Assembly: GCA_965287045.1 (NCBI GenBank) | Contig: OZ336885.1 | Span: forward strand, 61,814,001 to 61,878,000 | Length of the DNA stretch: 64,000 bases | Reading direction: 5' to 3' | Source: Carcharhinus amblyrhynchos | Taxonomy: Eukaryota | Shown: in pieces, positions 26,151-39,443 of the stretch | Layout of the letters: every line of letters begins with the position of its first letter | How positions within the stretch are numbered: the first letter of the stretch is position 1 | The notes under the pieces: generated by a model | The model's database searches: none | The model's input: only the letters and a program-made list of their open reading frames with translations | What the model was told of the DNA's origin: nothing | Position numbers and translations under genes: made by a program

Positions 26151-26819
26151 AGCTCCACTAACAGGACACGGGTAAATGTCACCAGTAGTCAGGGTTTCTT
26201 CATCTCAAATGTTAAGAACACAATAAACGTGATTTGCGCCTTGCAACTGCGCGTAATGTGTCTATGATTCCCCACTCCCACAGTGCTGATTGGTTCCCAT
26301 TTCCATGTGTAGAAGTGTTATTTTTGTGCTTTGCGAGACTCACTCACGTTACAGAATGTCTGTCCTAACTTCTCCAACACACACCAGATCCTTGGTGCAA
26401 GTCCTCCCCCACTCCTTCTCCCACACCCCATCGCCGTCCATTTAATGCCCTACAAACTTGTGTCTCCAAACCTCACTGCCACATCAGGCAGGGTGGCAGC
26501 TTGCACTTGGAGAAAAGGTAGGAGTCAGACTTGAGTGGCACTAAGGGCAAGATTCCAGTGTGGACAACAACGTGTGGTCATCATCCCCCAGCCTTCAATC
26601 AAGGCTAACAAACATTGAAAGCCCAGTCACATTAGTAGGTTTGGATGTTTCAGGGGAACAAGGTGGTTGGATGAGAAACACTGCGGAAGGGTGATGGGCT
26701 TTAAGGGTCCAGATGATTTGGAGCGGAAATGACGACTAAAACTGCTACTGGCTTGCGGTGCAAGTATGTTGGTTGCCAGCCCCCTCCCCCCTCCCCCACC
26801 CCGCACTGCACAGCACGTG

Positions 26820-27684
26820 ATAGACGAAGCCGGCAGTGATCAAGGTATCCCTCGTTGGTCTTCCCCGCAGGACACGTGCCGTCTCTGACTACCGTATTTC
26901 CTCCGGCTCCTGGCATCCACCTCCATTCCAAGCTACTCCTTCTCCTTGTGTTCGAGCTGGTCTCCACACTGCTGGGTGACGTTCTGCAGAACGCAGCAAA
27001 ATATGATTATGCATGAAGCACGCAAAGGGTCATACTGAAGCCCCCGAGAGTGTCTGAAGCAGCAGAACAGAATTTTAAGCATGCTAATGCATTGTTCCAC
27101 TCTCTATCGGATGGCTACATCGGCCTTGTTACAGCTAATCGCCGCCTCATCTTGGACCTCCACACAGGCAAAATCAGCCATGAATTTAGTGGGAAACACT
27201 TGTCACCCACTACACATTCCGGCAGCTTGGGATGATTTTCAAACAAAACATACGCGTCTGACAGCCTGAGGATGAAACGAACATCGACATTCCATGGATG
27301 GCGTGCATTGATCCGCATGTTCCGTATGTGATGGTCAGATACGATGTGCACATTAAGGAAATGGAGAACTATTCTGTTGATGAATGGCTGTTGTGCTCTA
27401 TGTGAGGCCTGCGAGGTGATTAGTGTTTCAGTGCTTTCAACATCCCTTACGGGTGCGAAGCCTGCAGGCCGGTTATCCGCTGTGTGAAGGCCACATCAAT
27501 GTTCATGTACTGTTCTGCCTGGGCACACAGGACATCTGAGACCTGCCACACAGATATGTGCATTACGATATTGGAGATTACACTGACGTCCCGCTGGGTG
27601 CCTAAAATAACCCAGATGCAAAAACGTTAGAGGAAGCACGGACTTTACCTTGCACAGGCAGCGGAAGACTGCTCCACCATTGAG
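26820..27684 (-). pseudogene. Harbinger (HARBI1-like) DDE transposase remnant
   Basis: Minus-strand fragments LPVQGKVRASSNVFASG, PFINRI.LHFLNVHIVSDH...INARHPW, VGDKCFPLNSWLILPV, VEQCISMLKILFCC...GLQYDP...IIIFCCVLQN and RDTLITAGF are collinear with HARBI1-type transposases. Confidence 0.85.
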
Positions 27685-28748
27685 GTAAACACAGTAAAAA
27701 GCCTGACAACACCAGGTTTTAGTCCAACCGATTTATTTGATAGTAAACTCACAAGCTTACGAGGGGACTCCCTCTTCGTCAGGTGAATGGAGAGTACTGG
27801 CCTCGGACAGGACATATAAAGCACAGACAGTTTAGAGATTTCTGATTAGAATTCGAATCTTTACAGCTAACCTGCTGTTGAAGTCCTAAAGTGGCCGACA
27901 ATGTGTGTGGAAGGAACACTGATCACAGGTTAAAGAGAGCTGTATTGAATCCAGACAGCGCAGTGAGTGAGGTTTTGCAAACCCAGGCAAGTCACGGGGG
28001 TTACAGATAGAGCGACATGAACCCAATATCCCTGTTGAGACCGTCCTCATGTGTGTGGAACTTGGCTAACAGTCTCTGCTCAGCGACTCTGCGCTGTCGC
28101 GTGTCGTGAAGGCCGCCTTGGAGAACGCTTACCCGAAGGTCAGAGGCTGAATGCCCGTGACCACTGAAGTGTTCGCCAACAGGAAGGGAACAGTCTTGCC
28201 TGGTGATTGTCGAGCGATGTTCATTCGTCCGCTGTCGTAGCATCTGCATGGTCGCCCCAATGTACTATGCTTCGGGACATCCTTCCTTGCAACGTATCAG
28301 GTAGACAATGTTGGCCGAGTTGCAAGAGTATTTACCATGTACCTGGTGGATGGTATTCTCACGTGTGATGATGGTATCCGTGTCGATGATCCGGCATGTC
28401 TTGCAGAGGTTGCTGTGGCAAGGTTGTGTGGTGTTGTGGTCACTGTTCTCCTGAAGACTGGGTAGTTTGCTGCGAACAATGGTCTGTTTGAGGTTGTGTG
28501 GTTGTCTGAAGGCAAGAAGTGGAGGTGTGGGGATAGCCCTGGCGAGGTGTTCGTCTTCATCAATGATACGTTGGAGACTCCGGAGAAGATGTCGTAGCTT
28601 CTCCGCTCCGTGGAAGTACTGGACGACGAAGGGTACTCTGTCCACTGTGTCCCGTGTTTGTCTTCTGAGGAGATCGATGCGGTTTTTCGCTGTGGCGCAT
28701 CGGAAATGTCGATCTATGAGTCAAGCGCCATATCCTGTTCTTATGAGG
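27684..28748 (-). mobile_element. Penelope-like retroelement, 5'-truncated: RT C-terminus/linker, GIY-YIG endonuclease and 3' pLTR
   Basis: ORFs 28265-28645 and 28001-28249 are in frame, split by a single TAG: RVPFVVQY...PC.SNLCKTC...SCNSANIVYLIRCKEGCPEA*YIGAT.QMLRQRTNEH...PVGEHF...GLN. Confidence 0.95.
27750..27785 (-). ncRNA. Minimal type-I hammerhead ribozyme motif in the Penelope pLTR (core mutated)
   Basis: Minus strand CAC-CTGACGA-AGAGGGAGTCCCCTC-GTAA-GCTT-GTG: CUGANGA box, stem II GAGGG/CCCTC, GTAA in place of GAAA, CAC/GTG stem I. Confidence 0.7.
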
Positions 28749-29129
28749 ATGAGCTCGATTATGCGTTGTAGTTTATTTGCTTGCACGAGTTCCCTCTTTT
28801 CTGAGCTTCCTGTCCGTTGCACTTCCAAACCATCGTGCTGCAAATGCTTTGTCCGCTTTGTAAATGACATGCTCAATTATGCAAAACTTTGCCTGCAAAT
28901 TATTTTTTCACCCTGGTTCGCCGCAACGTTCTGTCCTTACTGCTTACTATAATGCGTATGCATATATGAGCATATGGCCAAATTCATTTTATTCTCCGTT
29001 TTGATGTTTATTTGTGACGCCACTCCAGTGGTTAGGATGCAATCAGGGATGAACCGGAGTGGAGGAATAAGATAGAAAACTTGTTGAGCTGATGTAACGA
29101 CATTAATATATCCATTAAAGTAAGTGAAA

Positions 29130-29845
29130 CGACCGGAATAGCCTTCGAATTCGAGAATCTCAATGGAGGACTTGCCCTTGACTTTATCAAAGCGGATGAA
29201 ATGGAAATGCTCCAAGGCATTACATTTTTAGGTGTCCAGGTCACTAACAACCTCGCTCCAACACCTCGTCTTCGCAAATTCTATAGTATTTAATACACCT
29301 GCAGAAGCGGCTACCTTATCATGATTATCAGAATGTTTAGTATGTCCGCTACGACTGCCAACGTCTTTTTTTATATATATAGAGAAACTTCTGAAAGCAT
29401 TAATTCCATTTATCAAAGTTTAATGTGGTTCCTGATCTGACCAAGGCTACAAGAAACAAATGTTGTGAACAAAGTCCAGTCCATCAAGTAAATTAGCCTC
29501 CTATCATTCAAATCTGCCGACATTTCACGTTTCCTCAGAATAACAGGCAGGACCCTGCACACTCCTCCAATGCACTTTTCCACTTTCGTGCATTGATAAG
29601 AAAATACAAAAGCCTGACATCACATAGCAACCGTTTGAAGAAAGTATTATTCCTTACTGAGAGCAAACAGTTGGATGGACTTGCCTAAATCTTAGTTGAT
29701 CTTTCACTCCATCCCAGCCATTGCTAAAACATAATGTGCTGCAGCCTCTTATTCCTGCTCCCTATGAACTCTATGAACGGTATAATTTGCCTGTATAATG
29801 TGCAGCAAACAACAATTTTCACTGCATATACATCTGACAATAATT
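29130..29845 (+). mobile_element. Rex1/Babar LINE 3' fragment, decayed
   Basis: TTTTTAGGTGTCCAGGTCACTAACAACCT, CAAAGTCCAGTCCATCA, CAACCGTTTGAAGAA and tail AACAATTTTCACTG...TGACAATAA. Confidence 0.65.
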
Positions 29846-29999
29846 TCAGGCAGGTGGATTTCCAACTCTTTTTGGAATTGACGTAATCTCTTGACTCAAA
29901 AATTAGTTTTGACTTTTTTTTCACTTTAACTTCATTTTGTTTTTCTTTCAGTCCATTCGTGAGCTTCACTTGTTTCCCTTCTTTAAAGAAACATTTAAA

Positions 30000-31250
30000 C
30001 GGAAGGGAGGAGCAAGAGGAGGCCATTTGGTTCTTCCATCCTCCTCCACTATGTAATACAATCATGGCTGATCTTCCAACTTTGTAGTGTAATCCTGATT
30101 TCTCGCCACACCCTTTGTTCCCATTCGCTCCAAATGCGGTCTCGAGCCGCCTTTTAAATGCATTCAAAGTGTTTAAATCAACTACTTAGTCTGGCAAATA
30201 ATTCTACAGGCTCGCCATTCTCCATCCTAAATGGTTTACTACAAATTCGCAGACTTTGTCCCCTCATTCTGGACTTCCCTCACCATCACCATTGGGAACA
30301 TTCTTACTGCCCCTACCCTCTCTTGTCCTGTTAGAATTTTATGGTTTTCTGCGAGATTGCCACTCACTCGTTTCAACTCCATCAAAAAACACCCTAACCT
30401 AGTCAATTACTACTCACACATCATTCAACGCATCCCTGGAATCAGCCTGGTCAACATTGGACGAACTCCCTCAAGAGCAAGAACACCCTTCCTCAGAAAA
30501 GGAGAACAAAACTCACACAATACACTTAAGGCCCTGTTTAATTACCAACAAAACATATCTGCTTCTGAACTCAAATGTTCTCGCAATGAACGCCAACTTT
30601 TCCCTTCTTTATTGCCTTCTGCAGTTGCATGCCTACCTTCTGCGACTGGTGCACAAGGGAGAACCAATTCCCGCTGCAAAGTCCGGTCTCCCAATCTCCC
30701 TGCCATTCAGGTGGTAATCTGCTTTCTTGTTTTTGCTTCCTAAGTGAATGACCTCAAATTTCTCCAAAATAAACTGCGTCTGCAATTGATTGTCCACTCA
30801 CCCAATCTATCCAGAGGGTTCTGAAGGATCTCTGCATTTTCGACACAGTTCGCACTCACACCCAACTAGGTTTCAATTGCAAACTTTGAGATTTAAATTC
30901 TGTTCCCTTGTCCAGATCATTAAGATATATTGTGAACAACGTTTGTCCCACCACGATTCCTATTGCAGCCCACGATTTACTGCCTGTCAATTTGAAAGGG
31001 AAACATTAATTCCTGCCCTTTCGCCGCCCTCTGCCAACTTGCTTTCTATCCACCTCAATGCATTTCCCCCAATATCATGTATTTAGTCATGCATAATAAC
31101 CTCTTACGTGGAATTTGTCAAACAAAACCAGAAATTCGAAATGTACCACATCGATTGGCTCCTCCACGCCAACTCCACTATTTAAAACTTCAAAGCATTC
31201 GAAGGGATTTGTCATGCATGTTTTCCCCTTCATAAATCCATCCTCGCTGA
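30000..31250 (-). mobile_element. Old CR1-clade LINE fragment
   Basis: GAGGAGGCCATT...ATCATGGCTGATC tail; CCTGGAATCAGCCTGGT, GGAGAACAAAACTCACACAATAC, GTCATGCATGTTTTCCCCTTCATAAATCCAT (reverse complement of HGFMKGK). Confidence 0.75.
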
Positions 31251-33905
31251 CATTTTCCTACTGTGGATGTTACGCTTACTGGTCTATATATGTGTGTCTA
31301 TGTATTATAAATTTTACGCGTCCATATTTTTTCCTTCAGAACATGATGGAACTGCTGCTCCCATCAAATCAGAGCTCAGTATGGCACGTGACTGTCTTCT
31401 TCAATCTGTCAATTACATCTCACTTTCGGACTTCTTTCATGTGATTACTTCAAATTCATTCACACATTATCCGCAGTATGAAATAATTTCTAGTTTATTA
31501 TTCTTTCCGCATTAGCAAAAGTTTGCCTTTTTTTTCATATGCACAACTTGTGCATTTTGCCACATGTATAAAATGCTTTCCCAGATCATAAAATTCCCTA
31601 TCTCTTCAGTGGTTAGATAAGAACATTTGAACATGAAGGTAATTCTCTCCGCAAAATAGCGAAATGCCCAGGCGGGAAAACGAGAGACAGAGCCTCAGCC
31701 TGTTAGAGTGGCCGATAGCATCATGCTCACCGGGACAGTCTTAGCTTGGTTGCATATTTCGCCGGATTATTGTCCATGATTTGGCATCGGGTTCGGCACT
31801 TACATTCCTTCATGTGGGCGTAACCGAGTTGTGTGGGTGGGGTGCTTGGGTCCGTAGGTCGGAAACCCTAGCTGAGGGTCAAGATGTGAGAGAGCCAGGT
31901 CAGCAGGTCGTCCTTTAAGTCAGTGAGTTGTCCTGCAGTGGGGTGGTCTCAGTTACATAAAAGGGAGGGATTTAAATAACAGTGCAAATTACTGCAGCGA
32001 AGGGCAGAATATGTGCACTGAACGGTGACCCAATGAGGTTCTTTGATTATATGCAGAAAAAAAAAGGTTTGTGTGGGATTTCCAGGGAAATGAAGTTAAA
32101 ACACAGAAACAATTGCAAAATACTGAATGACACTTTCAAAAAATAGACTGAAGATTTTTTTTTCGGTTTTTCATGTGTGATATTATATATTGTGACAAAA
32201 CACAGATCGGACCGAAAAAGCGTGCCTATTCCAACTTGTTTCAGATACAATTTGGTTAACTTAAATGTTTCTATTCGAAACAAAACATAATACTGTTGAA
32301 TCACTTTCTGGGGAATGAAGTGGATGAATAAATAAAGAGCCAACAAATGGACTACGATCTGACACTGGTAATAACTACCACGGCATCAGGCTGACTTCTT
32401 GCAATTGGAAGGAAGAAACGGGATTCACAATGAAATGAATAAACCACTGTAATGATAGCTGCATTTCAATCAAACTAGGGAATGATGGGGAATCTGACTT
32501 TTATGACCATGTGCATTGATTTGTGCACAGTTGTTCACAAATATTAGCTCTTCCCAGACATATGCACCGTTGGGAAGCATGGGTCAAGGAGATTAAAACG
32601 GTTACCATGAATGATCCCGCCAGATTTACGCTAATACATTAGCTGGGAATTTTCAACCAAAACACGCTTCATTATTAAGTGCAACCTTTATCCATATTCA
32701 AACTGAGCCAAATACACATATTCGCTGATGACCAATCCGCCTCCACCTTCAGGCCCAAATATCCATCCACCGCCTCAGTGTCATCTACCAGAGGCATATA
32801 GTGCCTAGCTGGTTTATCATATTCCATAGGACCATGAAATTCAGCTGTTTCACAGCAGGTAGGGCCCGGCCCTTCATAGCAGAACTTATTTCGGCCTCAG
32901 CTTGAATTCTAGGAGCAGTGCTGAAATTTGTGCAGCTCACATGGCATCAGGCAAGAAGGTTTTTTTTCAAGTTTTTTCTTTTATCTTTTTTTCAAGAAAT
33001 CATCAAGCAAGAATTCGGACACTTCCGAATTCTTGGGAAATTAACTGAGGAGCATGGGGCATCCGGCACTGGTTGTCAATCAGTGGATGTCATGGTCCAA
33101 TCATACCGGGACAAAATGTTGTAGAACAACAAGTTCAGAGCAAAAATTCCGGTTACTCGATGTGTGAATACATACAACGAAAATGAGACATACAAAAATA
33201 TCCGCAGGTTCCTGCATTATGAAACAGTTAAAAAAAACGGTAATGTGTGCGTGTGTGTGTTTGGGGGGGAGGGGGGGGGGGCGGGCGGTGAATGGGGGGG
33301 GGAGGAGGGTGGGATGGAATGACAGAAATCAGGGCATATGGAATCTGCTATATTTTTGATCGCAATACTTCATGCAGGATATAGATAATTCAGTGAGAAG
33401 AAGTGACATGTAACATATATATGAGAGTGCACACAAGTGAATTACCTGAACATACATACAGTAAAATAGTTATTTAAAGTGGTGAAGTTAACTGGGAACA
33501 CCAAATTATGCATTAACCTTTTGGAAAAGTGGACACAACTGAAGTCCCCAACAAGGTCAATATAATTAATATAGCAAAAAATTGCTAAAGATCTGGTAAT
33601 GGAATGGGTGCATTGACTAAATATTAATCAAGGGAAGGCTCCAGTGTAAGTCTGCTCCAGTAACGCTCAATAGAAATAATTTAAAACTGTTTTTGTAAAC
33701 AGGAATAGCTTTTTTATTCCTGTTCCGCCTGATCCGCAATTCAAGTTTAATCCGAGCGACCTTGGTCTTCCCATCCAACAGTCCCATTTGATCGAACAAG
33801 TTTCTAATGCCTGAAAGTAAAAAACTCTATATATCCCAGTCATACACATTTCAATAATTACACAGCTGCAGTCTTCATAACTATAAGGTACATGGTGGGA
33901 GATAT

Positions 33906-34250
33906 AAAGAACAAAGAACAACACCGCACGGGAAACAGGCCCTTCGGCCCAACGAGCCCCCGCCGCCATTTTAACATTATGAGTGCCCTCTTCTACCTAT
34001 GACCTTTGTCTACGCCTATTGGCCTCCACAGTAAAGGGACCATAATCAGATTGAGTGAAGACTAATTTAGGGACAATTTGTTAACACCTATCAGCCTGAG
34101 AGCACTTTTTGGGGTGTGGCAGGAAACCTCAGCACCCGGAGAAAACTTTGGCAAGCACGGGGAGAATGTGCAAATTCCCACAGACACTGGCCCAAATCCA
34201 TCTGTCTGCAAAACGAACAGTAATAGTCACTGAGCGCTCATGTTGCCCGT
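33906..34250 (-). mobile_element. V-SINE with CR1-type 3' tail
   Basis: AAGAACAAAGAAC...AACAGGCCCTTCGGCCCA tail; TTTGGGGTGTGGCAGGAAACC..AGCACCCGGAGAAAAC...CACGGGGAGAATGTGCAAATTCCCACAGAC V-domain. Confidence 0.75.
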
Positions 34251-34284
34251 CAGCTGGTCCAGTTTAAGCGTACACTAACGACGA

Positions 34285-34530
34285 TATAGGGGGGATGTCC
34301 GAGGTAGATTCTTTACTCAGAAAGTGGTTGGGGTGTGGAATAGCCTACCTGCAGTGATAGTGGAGTAGGACATTTTAGGAAGTTTCAAACGGTTATTGGA
34401 TAGGAACATGGAGCACCCCAGAATTATAGGGAGGCGATAGCTTGACCTTGAGATTGGACATAGCTCGGCACAACATTGAGGGCCGAAGGGTCTGTGCTGT
34501 GCTATAATGTTCTTTATGTTTCTATGTTTC
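34285..34530 (+). mobile_element. CR1 LINE (subfamily B) 3' end
   Basis: Paralogous to 13506-13742: GATGTCCGAGGTAGATTCTTTACTCAG...GCTCGGCACAACATTGAGGGCCGAAGG. Confidence 0.85.
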
Positions 34531-35204
34531 TGCTGGATTGAATTTCAAAGTTAAAAACCTTTTGATTCGCGTGTTTCTTCTTTAACTTTAACAGATGCTT
34601 GACCTCTTATACGGAAACTCCACTTCATCTTTGGCCAGAGAGAAAAAAAAGACAATTCCATCGTTCTCCCTGTCAAAACACTTCCGGACCTTGCATGTTT
34701 CAATGAGATAACGTTTCCCCTACTTTTTCGCACTTTCAGAGAATATGGTCAAAATTTACACAACGTCTTATCATAGGTCAACAAGGACTAATACCGCAGG
34801 CGATGGTTTACTGTTTTCGAAACCAATGCAAGCACCTTTAAGCTAAAGCGGCAACAGATTCAATATTCAGTGTTCAATATGTTTTCTTAACTGTACTGTA
34901 TACATTGCTTGTAAATTTCTTGCCTGTGATAGGTTAACCATTTAACCATTAACTATTACACCGCCCACGACCCGACAGCAATTCGATCTCAAAATGTTTG
35001 CCATACCTTCTTTCTGAATGCGTTTATGTACGAACGCACATATCTTTTCGGGCATTAGCATTGAAACGTTCTACATAGTATTAATCAAACATGCCTTCCT
35101 TATCATGTAACCAATGCCAACACCTGCATATCCTAATATGTACATCTGTAATTATCTAACCAGCCCACATCTCCTCGCATTGCTTCTGCCATCCCATGGC
35201 TTAC

Positions 35205-35296
35205 ATCTCCGGTTATTTTCTCATCTTTGACCGTTGTACAGGCATTGTACTCTGATTCTCTATCTTCTTCATTGTTAGGCTTTGTAATAGATGACG
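35205..35296 (-). other. Candidate 92-nt exon (xSSITKPNNEEDRESEYNACTTVKDEKITGD)
   Basis: TTGCAG acceptor (weak pyrimidine tract), GAT|GTAAGC donor, purine-rich open frame. Confidence 0.25.
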
Positions 35297-36549
35297 CTGC
35301 AATAGTGATTCTTGCACAGCATGCCAGCAAATTTAATAATTTTATCTGTATGTGCACTGTATGCATCTCGCCATTAACAAAGCAAATGCATAACTTTATT
35401 GGAGTGAGGAAAATACTTTTGGAACATCACCTCTGTTCAAACGTAACACACACGTGGCTGTACATTTGTCTAATGTATTGGTATACACTGGTGTACACAT
35501 TTTAACTTCCAATGCGCTTAATGTGCAGACCGACAGATATTTTGACCCGCAGATGAATCGATAAAAGAAAGGCCCTAAACCCGAAATTGTAGTCGAGGTC
35601 CATTCGACCATCCAAATGGTGTTGAACAGTTGCGCCTGCTGATGGGGCCATAATTGCAACCCCTTTTGTAATGTTTTATGTTCAAGCAGTGTAAACTGCT
35701 CTGTCCTACTGTAAGATTCAGGAAATTTCCTGAGACATATATATTCAATAGGCATTCCACTGTTCTTCGCCATACGCAATGCAGAACCGGCAGTAATGTA
35801 TATTTATATTCATACATTTATCCTTTTACAGAGGTTCGTTTGAGCGTAGGAATTGAAATGCTTGTCCACTATGTATTTGCATCCATCTGAATTCTGTCAG
35901 CGCTTCTAAATGTCGTTTTGGCAAATTACTGTCTCTCAGTAATGTGTCGGACACCAAACTAAAGCTTAACTTCATTTCCATAGGAACGACCAGTCAGATT
36001 AATATAACACCAGGCTACATTAAACTTGACTCTGAGCGGATAATAGATGCAACTGCAATTGGCAGATACGCGGACTAGACAAAACACATATACATCATAT
36101 TTTAAGCTGAATTTATTGTAACAATACTTATTCTTATAATTTTCGGCCATGTCTAAAATAATAAGCTTAGTTAACAGAGTTGTCCAGCTACAGTGCATCA
36201 TACCTTTGTCATCCAAATTGTTTCTCAATTGACGTACTTCTGAAAATCAACAAGTAATTAGGAAACAAAAATAAAATAAATAAAGCTGAATTATGTTTTT
36301 GCCAAAATAATTATACTCCTATTCATCTCATTTTCCTTTTTCAACTTCAAGTGATTGACTTTGAATTCCATGCGATTTGGCTTGCTTCGAATATTTTCTC
36401 GGGTGATAATTACAGAACTATGCAATCAGTAAGATGCACATTCTCCTTGATTTCTATGTTCCATTATTCAACGAACGCCTTACAATCTTCACAAGCATTT
36501 TATAACGATTATTGGAGACAACATCAGTGAAGAATTTTTAAGGATGACT

Positions 36550-38663
36550 TTTTCGGTACTCAGCAGAAGTCCATTCAGATGGTAAAGAAGGACTGTAGGA
36601 GAAGGGATATCCAGCTGTGGTTATCGAAGGAAATAAATGAGAATATTAACTTAAAAGCTGATGCGTTCAGAGTGGCTAAAAATAGTGGGCGATTAGAAGA
36701 TTGGGAAAGATTTAAAAATCAACAAATAATGACTAAGAAGGAAGGAAATGTAGTCAATGAAGCTAAATTAGCACTATATATAAAAAAAAGACAGTAAAAG
36801 ATTTTACAAACATATAAAGAAGAAGAGGCTGGCTAGAGTGAATGTTGGGCCCTTGGAGGATGAGAGGGGGGATTTTGTGGTCGGCAATGAGGAAATGGCT
36901 GAGGCTTTAAATAAGCTTTTTGCCTCTGTCTTCACGGAGGAGGACACAAATAGTTTGCCAGATATTAAAGATAGAAGGATTGTAGGAGTTGAGAGCCTAA
37001 ATGTGACTACTGTCACGAGAGAGGTAGTGCTTGATAGGCGAATGGGACTGAAGATTGGCAAGTCCCAGGGCCGGATGGAATGCATCCCAGGGTTCTGAAA
37101 GAAATGGCAGAGGTGATAGTGGATGCCTGAGTAATTATTTATCAAAATTTGCTGGACTCCGGGGGAGTGCCAAAAGATTGGAAAACAGCTAATGTTACGC
37201 TGCTGTTTAAAAAAAAGATAGCAGGCAAAAAGCAGGAAATTATAGGCCGCTTAGTTTAACATCTGTAGATGGAAAAATGCTAGAATCCGTCATCAAAGAA
37301 AAAATAGTGAGGCACCTAGAAAAGAATGGTTTCATCGAGCAGATGCAGCATGTATTCATTAAGGGGATGTCGTGTTTGACAAATTTATTGGATTTCTATG
37401 AGGATGTGACTTTTGCAGTAGACAGAGGGGAACCGGTGGATGTGGTGTTTTTAGATTTCCAAAAGGTGCTTGATAAGGTGCCACATAAAAGGTTGCTAAA
37501 GAAGATTAGAGTGCATGGAGTTGGCGGTAAGGTGTTAGCATGGATAGAGGATTAGTTGTCTAATAGGAAGCAGAGAGTTGGTATCAATGGGTATTATTCT
37601 GGTTGGCGGTTGGTGACTAGTGGAGTGTGGCAGGGATCGGAGCTGGGGCCTTAACTGTTTACCATTTACCTCGATGATCTGGAGGAGGGGGCTGAGAGTA
37701 GGGTGACAAAATTTGCTGATGAGACGAAGATGAGTGGAAAAGTAAATTGTGAGGAGGGTCTGGACAGCTGACAGAGAGATCTGGATAGGCTGAGGGAATG
37801 GGCAAGGACCTGGCTGGTGGAGTATAATGTTAGCAAGTGTGAGGTTATCTACTTTGGCAGAAATAATAGCAGGATAGATTATTATTTATAAAGCGAAAAG
37901 CTGCAGCATGCTACGGTACAGAGGGACCTGAGGTTCCTTGTGCACGAGTAGCAAAAACCCAGTCTGCATGTGCAGGAGGTGATCAGGAAGGCGAATGGAA
38001 TGTTGCCCTTTGTAGAGAGGTGGATAGAATATAACAGTAAGGAGGTCTTGCTGCAACTCTACAGGGTACTGGTGAGGCCGCAGCTGGAGTACTGTGTGCA
38101 GTTTTGGTCGCCGCACTTGCGGAAGGACATATTGGCGTTGGAGGGAGTGCAGAGGAGGTTCACTCGGCTGATACCGGAGATGAGGGGGTTGGACTATGAA
38201 GAGAGACGAAATGGACGATGTCTGTACTCGGTGGAGTTTAGAAGGATGAGGGGGGATCTTATAGAGACGTATAAGATAATGAAGGGGATGGAAAGGGTAG
38301 AGGTAAAGAGATCCTTCCCGTTTAGAAAAGGGCTAGAGGACACAGCCTCAAGATGGGGCGGTGTGTGTGGGGGGGGGGGGGGGGGGGCGGAATTTAGATC
38401 AGAGTTGAGGAGGAACGTCTTCACTCAAAGGGTGGTGAACCTCTGGAATTCTCTGCCCGTTGAAGTGGTGGAGGCTACGTCGCCAAATGTACTTAAGTCA
38501 CGGGTAGAGAGGTTTTTGATAGACAGGGGAATTAAGGGTTATGGGGAGAAAACGGGAAAGTGGAACTGACCCACTTCAGATCAGCTATCACCTTATTGAA
38601 TGGCAGGGCAGGCTCGAAGGGCTAGATGGCCTACTCCTGCTCCTATTTCTTATGTTCTTATGT
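36550..38663 (+). mobile_element. CR1 LINE (subfamily A), longest copy, ORF2 with stops and frameshifts
   Basis: ORFs EMAEALNKLFASVFT, SCLTNLLDFYEDV..VDVVFLDFQK, KFAD, LVRPQLEYCVQFWSP, RGDLIETYK, FTQRVVNLWNSLP; TTCTTATG tail. Confidence 0.97.
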
Positions 38664-39443
38664 AACATTGTACCCATACGAACGTGTCATACCGAATCCA
38701 TGACACAATGTAAGCTCTTGACCTCTTCATTCTCCATTGATAATTGCACAGTTAAAGAAATGGTGACCTTTTGCTCAACATTTGTTAACATTCTATCTCA
38801 GCTGTTATTTGCTTCGGATTTTCTGTTCTTAGTATCACCGGAATTTCACATGCATGGTACACTATATCATTTTATCCTGCTTCACCTGCTTCAATCAATG
38901 ATACTCCACTGCCCCGCTGCCAAGAACTGCTCAGCTCCCTGAATAAAATAAAAAAAAAATCCTGCGGCATTGATTGCTGGGCCGGCATATGCCGTGGCCC
39001 CTAGTTTCCAGGAACTCACCTGTTTGCTAGGGAATTTCCAAGAGCATTTAAGTTCAGCCACATTATCACTGAATGTCACGAAAAGCCGGGTAGTTGACAT
39101 TTTCATATTTCCTTTTCAAACAGATATGAATGGTCCATATGTTTTTCAAGAAAAATCAACAATGCTTTCATAGTCACAATTTAAATGATCAATTCTACAA
39201 TTGCTGCTGCTGAGAGATCCGTCGAGGGCCACAAGAACCTTATACTGTTCTGTGTATTAGTAATTGAAAGCACAAAAGGCAGTCAGGCACCCGACTACAA
39301 AAAATGCATTTATTACTCACCGGTTAAATAAAAAAAATCAAAATCCAACAGTTTTCTTCTTTTTGGAGGCAATAACGTCACATTTGTGACGCTACTTCTT
39401 CCAAAATATGTTGGAAATCCTTACACTCGTGCGATGAAGTTAC

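Larger units (their letters stand above)
23010..27684. mobile_element. Decayed autonomous PIF/Harbinger DNA transposon (convergent Myb-like and transposase genes); right part replaced by Penelope
   Basis: Myb/SANT-like exons on + (24130-~26150), DDE transposase on - (26820-27684), repeated subterminal motifs 23198-23855; left boundary approximate, TIR not confidently seen. Confidence 0.8.
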
